This document shows, piece by piece, positions 47,235 through 53,778 of a stretch of 53,778 bases of DNA (positions are counted from its first letter, which is position 1; every line of letters starts with the position of its first letter). The DNA comes from Acetobacterales bacterium (lineage in GTDB: Bacteria > Pseudomonadota > Alphaproteobacteria > Acetobacterales > Acetobacteraceae), in the NCBI GenBank assembly GCA_038247025.1, contig JBBRVI010000001.1, positions 1 through 53,778 on the forward strand, in the 5' to 3' direction. Position numbers and translations under genes: made by a program. The notes beneath the pieces are model-generated. The model was not told the origin of the DNA, made no database searches, and saw only the letters and a list, made by a program, of their open reading frames with translations.

Positions 47235-48203
47235 ATGCTCAACGAATACTATGGCTTCCGAGAGCACCCGTTTCAGATGACCCCTGATGCGCGGCTGTTC
47301 TACCCAAGCACGGTCCATTCGCGCGCCTATGCCCATCTGATGTTTGGCATCACCCAGCAGGAGGGTTTCGTCGTCGTCACGGGGGAGGTGGGTGCAGGCA
47401 AGACCACCCTGATAGAACGCCTCTGCGGCGAGCTCGATCCCCAAGGCTTCGCAGTGGCGCGTATCAACACCACGCAGGTCGGCGCCGATGATCTGCTGCG
47501 ACTCGTCGCCCAGGCATTTGGCGCCAATCCAGAGGGGACAAAAGCCGGTGTCCTGCTCAGCATCACGCACGTGCTGCGTGCCGGTGCGCGGCGCTTCCTG
47601 CTGATAGTCGATGAAGCACAGGCCCTGCCGCATGTCGCGCTGGAGGAGCTGCGAATGCTCTCCAACGTGATGGAGGGAGGCCGCGCGCCCATGCAGACCA
47701 TCCTCCTGGGCCAGCCCCAGCTGCGCCGCACACTCGCAAGCCCCGATCTCGATCAGCTGCGCCAGCGCGTGTTGGCCTGCTACCATCTGGGTGCCCTCTC
47801 CGGTGACGAGACACGCTCCTACATCGAACATCGTATGCGCGCGGTCGGCTGGGTCGATTTCCCGCTCTGGGAGGAGCCGGCGTTCGGGCTCGTCTTTCGC
47901 CACAGCGGTGGCATCCCACGGCGCATCAACCGCCTGTGCTCCAGGGTATTGTTGAGCGGTGCGCTGGAACACGCAGCCACTCTGACTGGGGCGATGGTGG
48001 ACGCCACCGCCTGCGAGTTGGAGGACGATCTCAGCAGCGGCGCGGCCCCCGCGCTCTCCAGCCAAGCCGGAGGCGAAACCCACGCCCTGTTGCGCGACCT
48101 GCAGGATCGCATCGAGGATCTGGAACGCGCGAGCCGGCGCCGCGAGCGCGTTTTCCACGGCATGGCCGAACTTCTGGTCCATGGCGAGGGCGGCCGTCCA
48201 TGA
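47235..48203 (+). CDS. ExeA-like AAA ATPase, PEP-CTERM locus type
   Basis: YYGFREHPFQMTPD, GEVGAGKTT, IVDEAQ, LLGQPQL, GGIPRRIN. Confidence 0.92.
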   Translation: MLNEYYGFREHPFQMTPDARLFYPSTVHSRAYAHLMFGITQQEGFVVVTGEVGAGKTTLIERLCGELDPQGFAVARINTTQVGADDLLRLVAQAFGANPEGTKAGVLLSITHVLRAGARRFLLIVDEAQALPHVALEELRMLSNVMEGGRAPMQTILLGQPQLRRTLASPDLDQLRQRVLACYHLGALSGDETRSYIEHRMRAVGWVDFPLWEEPAFGLVFRHSGGIPRRINRLCSRVLLSGALEHAATLTGAMVDATACELEDDLSSGAAPALSSQAGGETHALLRDLQDRIEDLERASRRRERVFHGMAELLVHGEGGRP

Positions 48204-49078
48204 GTACTCGACAGCCCAATGCGCTCACCGTGGACGTGGAAGACTGGTTCCAGGTTCAAGGCTTCAGCGACGCAATCCCTCGTGACGAGTGGGATTTCCT
48301 GGCCTGCCGGGTTGAAGCCAATACCGACCGCGTCCTCGCCCATCTCTCGCAGGCCGGTGTGCTCGGCACCTTCTTCACCCTGGGTTGGGTGGCCGAGCGC
48401 TATCCCGCGCTGATCCGCCGGATTGTGGAGGCAGGCCACGAACTGGCCAGCCACGGCTATGGCCACGAGCGGGTGGACCAAATCGGCCCGACAGCGTTTC
48501 GCGCCGATATCCGCCGTGCCCGCGAGACGTTGGAAGACTGCAGCGGGGTAGCCGTGCAGGGCTATCGCGCGCCAACCTTCTCTATTGGCCCTTCGACCCC
48601 CTGGGCCCATGTGATTCTGGCCGAGGAGGGTTATCGCTATTCCTCCTCGATCTATCCTGTCCGGCATGATCTCTATGGGGCACCAGGTGCCCCGCGGCTT
48701 CCGCATCGCCCTTATCGGGACGGTGTTCACGAACTGCCGCTGACAACGATCACCTGGATGGGCCAAAATCTTCCCTGCTCGGGCGGGGGCTGGTTCCGCC
48801 TGGCACCGTATCGCCTGTTTCGTGCCGGGATGAAGCGGGTGAATGAGCGCGGGGCAGGCATCTTCTACTTTCACCCCTGGGAGCTGGACCCCGGGCAGCC
48901 ACATGTCTGGCACGCACGTCGCCTTTCGCGCTTTCGCCACTACGCGCGGCTGTGGAGCATGGAAACGCGCCTCGACCGGCTGCTGAAGGATTTCGCCTGG
49001 GACAGGATGGACCGGGTGTTTGCGGCCGAACTGGCGCAACCCTTGGGCGTCGAAGCCCAGCGCGTCATGGCGGAGTAG
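48200..49078 (+). CDS. Polysaccharide deacetylase, XrtA-system type
   Basis: Start MSTRQ (ATGA overlap); TVDVEDWFQV, TFFTLGW, HELASHGYGH, GYRAPTFSI, YFHPWELDP. Confidence 0.93.
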   Translation: MSTRQPNALTVDVEDWFQVQGFSDAIPRDEWDFLACRVEANTDRVLAHLSQAGVLGTFFTLGWVAERYPALIRRIVEAGHELASHGYGHERVDQIGPTAFRADIRRARETLEDCSGVAVQGYRAPTFSIGPSTPWAHVILAEEGYRYSSSIYPVRHDLYGAPGAPRLPHRPYRDGVHELPLTTITWMGQNLPCSGGGWFRLAPYRLFRAGMKRVNERGAGIFYFHPWELDPGQPHVWHARRLSRFRHYARLWSMETRLDRLLKDFAWDRMDRVFAAELAQPLGVEAQRVMAE

Positions 49079-49081
49079 GTC

Positions 49082-50116
49082 ATGGTTGTACACATCCGCG
49101 AGTTGCAGGACGCAGCCGCGCCCGCCTGGGACGCTTTCGTCCAGGCCAGCCCCGCCGCCACCTTCTTCCACCTGGCACCCTGGCAACGGGTGATCGAACA
49201 GGCTTTCGGGCACACCACCAACTACGTCTATGCTGAGCAGGACGGCGCCATCACAGGCGTGCTACCGCTTGCGCGCATGCGCACGCGCCTGTTTGGAGAC
49301 GCGCTGATCTCCACGCCTTTCTGCGTCTATGGCGGCCCCGTCGCCGCCACCCACGAGGCGGCCGCGGCACTGGAACAGCACGCCAAGGATCTGATGCGCA
49401 AAACCGGCGTGCCGTGTCTCGAGTTCCGCCGGCTGGACGCACCCGATCCTGGCTGGGCCGAACGCCCAGCTCTGCATTACACGTTCCGCCGCGCGATAAG
49501 CGGCGATGCAGACGCAGACATGAAGGCCATCCCGCGCAAGCAGCGCGCCATGGTACGCAAGGGCATCCAGAATGGGCTGCGCAGCGTATCCCACGGGGAT
49601 ACGGCACAGTTGCACCGCGTCTATGCCGAGATGGTGCATGCGCTCGGAACGCCGGTTTTCTCGGCAAAGTATTTCCGCCTGCTGGGTGAGGCCTTCCCCG
49701 GTGCGCATGACGTGACCACCGTCCTGCATGAAGAACGTCCCGTCGCCGCTGTTCTGAACTTCCATTTCCGCGAAGAGGTGCTGCCCTACTATGGCGGCGG
49801 CACACGCGAGGCGCGTGGCCTGGCCGCCAATGATTTCCTCTACTGGGAAGTGATGCGCCGCGCCGGCGGCGAACGCGGCGCGCGCCTGTTCGATTTCGGC
49901 CGCAGCAAGGCCGGTAGTGGTGCCTTCGATTTCAAGCGCAACTGGGGGTTCGAGGCCGCGCCCCTGCATTACTGCTACCAGCTGCGTCCCGGCGCACAGC
50001 TGCCGGAAAACAACCCATCCAACCCGAAATACAGGTTGATGATCGCTGCCTGGCGGCGCATGCCGCTGCGGTTGGCCAATATCCTCGGCCCCTCGATCGT
50101 GCGCGGGCTCGGCTGA
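49082..50116 (+). CDS. FemAB-related GNAT protein, XrtA-system type
   Basis: WDAFV, TFFH, PRKQRAMVRK, LGTPVF, FDFGRSK, FKRNWGF. Confidence 0.92.
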   Translation: MVVHIRELQDAAAPAWDAFVQASPAATFFHLAPWQRVIEQAFGHTTNYVYAEQDGAITGVLPLARMRTRLFGDALISTPFCVYGGPVAATHEAAAALEQHAKDLMRKTGVPCLEFRRLDAPDPGWAERPALHYTFRRAISGDADADMKAIPRKQRAMVRKGIQNGLRSVSHGDTAQLHRVYAEMVHALGTPVFSAKYFRLLGEAFPGAHDVTTVLHEERPVAAVLNFHFREEVLPYYGGGTREARGLAANDFLYWEVMRRAGGERGARLFDFGRSKAGSGAFDFKRNWGFEAAPLHYCYQLRPGAQLPENNPSNPKYRLMIAAWRRMPLRLANILGPSIVRGLG

Positions 50117-51333
50117 TGCGCGAGCGCCTGCTCTTCCTCTGCCATCGCATTCCCTACCCGCCCGACAAAGGCGATAAAATTCGCGCTTGGCACATGTTGG
50201 AACACCTCGCCGGCAGCTATGATGTGGAACTGGGATGCCTTGTGGATGACCCGGCCGACCTCGATCACATCCCCACGCTTCGCCGGACCTGTAGCGTGGT
50301 CGAGGCATACCTTACCGGAACGCGGCGTGCGGCCGCGGCGCGCGCCCTGTTGCGATGGCGCCCAGGCCTGCCGCTCAGCCTGGGCTGGTTCCACGAGCCC
50401 AGGCTTTACGCCTGGGCGCAGGCGGGCCTTGCCGCGCGGCGTTATGATGCGGTGTTCGTCTATTCCTCGGCCATGGCGCCGTATGCGGCCGGCCCGCTCG
50501 GGCCGCGCTGCGTGCTCGATATGGTGGATGTGGATTCCGAGAAATGGCGCGCCTACGCCGCCGATGCACGTGCACCGATGCGCCAGGTCTGGGCGCGAGA
50601 GGCGCGAACGCTGCTGGCCTATGAGCGCCGCATGGCGGCAAGGTTCGACCGCACGCTGTTTGTTTCAAACGAGGAGGCTTCAAGATTCAAGGTCCTTGCC
50701 CCCGAATGCAAAGGCAGGGTGGACCATGTGGACAATGGCGTGGAACTCGCACGGTTTGACCCTGAATTGCCCAGTGCCAATCCCTATGCAGGCGGTCCGC
50801 CAGCGATCGTCTTTACCGGCACCATGGATTACCGGCCCAATATCGACGCCGTGACTTGGTTCGCGCGAGAGGTGATGCCCCGATTGGCGGCCCATGGCCC
50901 AAGATTTCATATTGTGGGCGCCAACCCCACGGCGGCCGTTCTGGCCCTGGCCGCGCTGCCCGATATCGTTGTCTCCGGCAGTGTCCCAGATACCCGTCCC
51001 TACATCGCTTATGCGGCCGTGGCGGTGGCGCCGCTGCGCATCGCGCGCGGTATTCAAAACAAGGTGCTGGAGGCGATGGCGATGGCGCGACCCGTCGTCG
51101 CGTCACCGGAGGCCTTTGAAGGCGTCAGGGCGCGCCCGGGCCGTGACCTTCTGGTGGCTGAGGGCGCGGCGGATATGGCCGGATGCATCCAGAAGATCCT
51201 CAGCGGGCAGCATGCGGGATTGGGCCAAGCCGCGCGTGAAGCGGTGATCGCCGGCCATGACTGGCGCTCTACGCTGCGCAGGCTGGATGCGGTGATGCGG
51301 CCTGAAGCCGTGCGCCAGGACATCATGGCATGA
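50116..51333 (+). CDS. GT4 sugar transferase, PEP-CTERM/XrtA-associated
   Basis: HRIPYPPDKGDKIR, DMVDVDSEKW, FTGTMDYRPN, ARGIQNKVLEAMAM. Confidence 0.93.
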   Translation: MRERLLFLCHRIPYPPDKGDKIRAWHMLEHLAGSYDVELGCLVDDPADLDHIPTLRRTCSVVEAYLTGTRRAAAARALLRWRPGLPLSLGWFHEPRLYAWAQAGLAARRYDAVFVYSSAMAPYAAGPLGPRCVLDMVDVDSEKWRAYAADARAPMRQVWAREARTLLAYERRMAARFDRTLFVSNEEASRFKVLAPECKGRVDHVDNGVELARFDPELPSANPYAGGPPAIVFTGTMDYRPNIDAVTWFAREVMPRLAAHGPRFHIVGANPTAAVLALAALPDIVVSGSVPDTRPYIAYAAVAVAPLRIARGIQNKVLEAMAMARPVVASPEAFEGVRARPGRDLLVAEGAADMAGCIQKILSGQHAGLGQAAREAVIAGHDWRSTLRRLDAVMRPEAVRQDIMA

Positions 51334-52850
51334 GCGCGCGGTCAGACCATATTGGCCGCACAGTACCCATCGCCGTGGGACAATGGCGCCCCTGGCTGCC
51401 AGCCCTCGGCGTGCTTGGCGTGGCCTTGGTGGCCATGGGGATCATGTTCACAACCGAGGTCCTGGCCGCCGTCCGCACCTGGGACCGCTCCAGCGCTTAC
51501 AACCATTGCTGGTTGGTTCTGCCGGTGGCCGGGTGGCTCGCCTGGACACGCCGGGAAGGCTTGGCGGGTCTTGCCCCCACGCCGATCCCCCTTGTCGCCA
51601 TTCTGGCGCTGGCCGGGGCGATGGTGTGGTTGGTGATGGAGCGGCTGGGCGTGATGGAAGGGCGGCAGTTCGCGGCACTCGGACTGATTTGGGTGTTGGC
51701 GCTGGCGGTGCTGGGCTGGCGCGTCTGCGCCGCCATGGCGGCACCGCTCGCCTACCTCGTTTTCCTGGTGCCTTTCGGTGAATTTGCCACACCGTGGTTG
51801 CAGGACGTCACGTTGTGGATGATCGTCCTTGGCCTGCGCGCCCTGGACATCACGCACCATGTGGACGGGCTGTTGATCGAGATCCCCGCAGGTGCCTTCC
51901 TCGTGGCGGAGGCTTGCGCCGGGCTGCGTTTCCTCATCGCCTCCCTGGCCTTTGGTGCGCTCTACGCGCTGGTCATGTTCCGCAGCCCCGGACGGCGTGT
52001 TCTGGTCATGGTGCTGGCCTTTGTGGTCCCTCTGGTGGCCAATGGTTTCAGGGCTCTTGGCATCGTGCTTTTGGGCCATCACTTGGGAAGCGCCGAGGCA
52101 GCCGCCGTGGATCACGTGGTCTATGGTTGGGTATTCTTCTCATTGGTACTCGTCCTGTTGACGCTGGCGGGGCTGCCATTCCGCCAGGATGGCGTGGGGC
52201 AGGCCAGCTTGGCGGCGGCCGCACCAGTCCCACCGACCCCCCAGATCCATGGACCCGGGCTTTCGCGCCTGGCACTCGCAGCGGGGCTCACAGTGGGGCT
52301 GGCCAGCATCGGCCCGCTCATCGCCGCAGGGCTTGAGACGGGTGCACCTGCCCCGACAGAGGAGGCGGTGGCCCTGGCTGCCCCTGCAGGCTGCGAAACC
52401 CATGGAATGGCGTTGCGCTGCGGCGCATATCTCGTCAATGCGCGCCTCGTCACATTTGAACCAAGTGGCACCTGGACGAAGGTGGCGACCAGCCGGCGCC
52501 GCGCACTTGGTGAGGCGGATGATGAAGCGTTCATCTTCGCGGTGCGAACGCCTTCAATGCAGTGGCAAGGGCGACAATCCGCCGAACAGGGAGGCTTGGT
52601 CGCTGCCGGCGCCTGGCTGGGCGGGCAGCCCGTGGGCGATGGGCTTCGCACCCGCGCAACGCATGCCTGGCAGGCCCTGTGGGGAATGGGCAGCTTGCCC
52701 GTTCTGGTCGTCGTCACGCTGCTGCCCATCGCTGATGGCGCCGCACATGACGCGAGCCGGATGGAGGAGCGGCGGATCATGCAAGCGGTACTGGCTGCGC
52801 AGGAGGCAGGCCTGGCTTCGCTGGCCGCCCAGCGATCCCTGCGGCCCTGA
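51330..52850 (+). CDS. xrtA: Exosortase A
   Basis: Multi-TM; catalytic Cys (VAEACAGLRF), Arg (ANGFR), His (VDHVVYGW); extra C-terminal TM plus soluble domain. Confidence 0.93.
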   Translation: MSARSDHIGRTVPIAVGQWRPWLPALGVLGVALVAMGIMFTTEVLAAVRTWDRSSAYNHCWLVLPVAGWLAWTRREGLAGLAPTPIPLVAILALAGAMVWLVMERLGVMEGRQFAALGLIWVLALAVLGWRVCAAMAAPLAYLVFLVPFGEFATPWLQDVTLWMIVLGLRALDITHHVDGLLIEIPAGAFLVAEACAGLRFLIASLAFGALYALVMFRSPGRRVLVMVLAFVVPLVANGFRALGIVLLGHHLGSAEAAAVDHVVYGWVFFSLVLVLLTLAGLPFRQDGVGQASLAAAAPVPPTPQIHGPGLSRLALAAGLTVGLASIGPLIAAGLETGAPAPTEEAVALAAPAGCETHGMALRCGAYLVNARLVTFEPSGTWTKVATSRRRALGEADDEAFIFAVRTPSMQWQGRQSAEQGGLVAAGAWLGGQPVGDGLRTRATHAWQALWGMGSLPVLVVVTLLPIADGAAHDASRMEERRIMQAVLAAQEAGLASLAAQRSLRP

Positions 52851-52868
52851 ACCGGCGCAACCACGGCT

Positions 52869-53778
52869 TCACCTATCTGGTGTGGAGCCCCCCGAGGCAC
52901 GCGCCGAGATCACCATGCGGATCAACTCCGGCAGCGAGCGCACGCCGAGCCTGAACATGATGGCTGCGCGGTGGTTCTCGACGGTGCGTGTGCTGATCTT
53001 CAGCTCCGCCGCGATGACCTTGCTGGATTTACCGCCAATGACGCGCTCCAGAATCTCGCGCTGGCGCTGTGTCAGTTTGCGCAGCCTGTCCTGCACCCCG
53101 GCCTGCGCGACGGCTTCTCCGGCCAGATCGTCGATCGTGGTCATGGCGCGCTGAATGCTGGCCAGCAGGTGCCCCCGCTCAATGGGCTTTTCAATGAAAT
53201 CCTTGGCCCCCGCTGTAATGGCAGCGATGGCGAGGCGCGCTTCAAAGTTCCCGGTGATGACGATGGAAGCGAGCCTTCTTGCGTGTGGCCGCAACTTCTC
53301 CAGGAGAGATATGCCGTCCATGCCCTGCATCACTGCGTCGATCAAAACGCAGCCGTGCCGGGCGGGATGGTCGCTGGCCAGAAACGCTTCGGCTGAAGGG
53401 TAGGCCTCGACGGTCCAGCCCAGGCTGTCCAGCCAGGAGGCAGTGGTGGTGCGCACCTCGGTATCGTCATCTACGATGAAGATGTTGCCCAGCCGTCCGC
53501 CTGGCGAGACCGCGCTGGGATCCCACACCAAGGGCTCGGGCATCAGCCGCTTGACCCTTTGCAGCAGATCTTCGGCCCCGACCGGCTTGGGCGCATGGTC
53601 CAGTTGCCGGCTTTTGATGTCACGCAGTGTCTGGGCGGAGGTATCCCCGGTGAGAATGATGGCAGGGAGAAATCCGCTCGCCCTTCCGCGGTGGGCCTGC
53701 CGAACACGTTCCACCACTTCGATGCCCGTGATCCCACGAGGCAGGTTTTGGTCCGCGATGATGAGCGATGGTGGATGG
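52869..53778 (-). CDS. 3' part of a REC-REC-LuxR HTH regulator (probably a larger hybrid sensor), truncated by the window edge
   Basis: Frame open to the edge (HPPSLIIADQNLPRG...LTGD...KP); second REC (IVDDD, LIDAVM, EKP); LTQRQREIL...ISTRTVENHR LuxR HTH. Confidence 0.88.
   Translation of the reverse strand, partial: HPPSLIIADQNLPRGITGIEVVERVRQAHRGRASGFLPAIILTGDTSAQTLRDIKSRQLDHAPKPVGAEDLLQRVKRLMPEPLVWDPSAVSPGGRLGNIFIVDDDTEVRTTTASWLDSLGWTVEAYPSAEAFLASDHPARHGCVLIDAVMQGMDGISLLEKLRPHARRLASIVITGNFEARLAIAAITAGAKDFIEKPIERGHLLASIQRAMTTIDDLAGEAVAQAGVQDRLRKLTQRQREILERVIGGKSSKVIAAELKISTRTVENHRAAIMFRLGVRSLPELIRMVISARASGGSTPDR

Noticed and set aside
1-53778. CRISPR arrays, tRNA/rRNA, transposases, integrases
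   Set aside because: No spaced direct-repeat array, RNA gene signature or mobile-element motif seen

Overview
GC-rich bacterial DNA, probably alphaproteobacterial (taxon inferred from gene content only). The window is almost entirely one exosortase A (XrtA)/PEP-CTERM-associated exopolysaccharide locus. The right half holds the canonical core: prsT-prsR-prsK and an initiating sugar transferase on the minus strand, divergent from wza, wzc-like, tyrosine-kinase-like, outer-membrane beta-barrel, ExeA-like ATPase, deacetylase, FemAB-like, GT4 and xrtA. The middle holds tailoring genes: nine GT2/GT4 glycosyltransferases across the locus, Wzx, a Wzy/O-ligase, an AsnB-like amidotransferase, an epimerase, three methyltransferases, two GNATs and YdcF. 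The left end holds two PEP-CTERM substrates, an XRE regulator and a 1411-aa RTX/Calx-beta protein. Most notable: (1) two close paralogues of an uncharacterised polysaccharide-lyase-like core apparently routed to different compartments, one Tat-type inside the EPS operon and one T1SS/RTX-type with CBM and four Calx-beta repeats; (2) three sigma-54 promoters sharing a 17-bp upstream box 59-61 nt away, one box buried inside a CDS; (3) an apparent BY pseudokinase; (4) a GT4-deacetylase fusion; (5) a 16-bp motif shared by two divergent promoter regions; (6) an unannotated small membrane protein. Family names come from recognised motifs and gene order; no database search was run.
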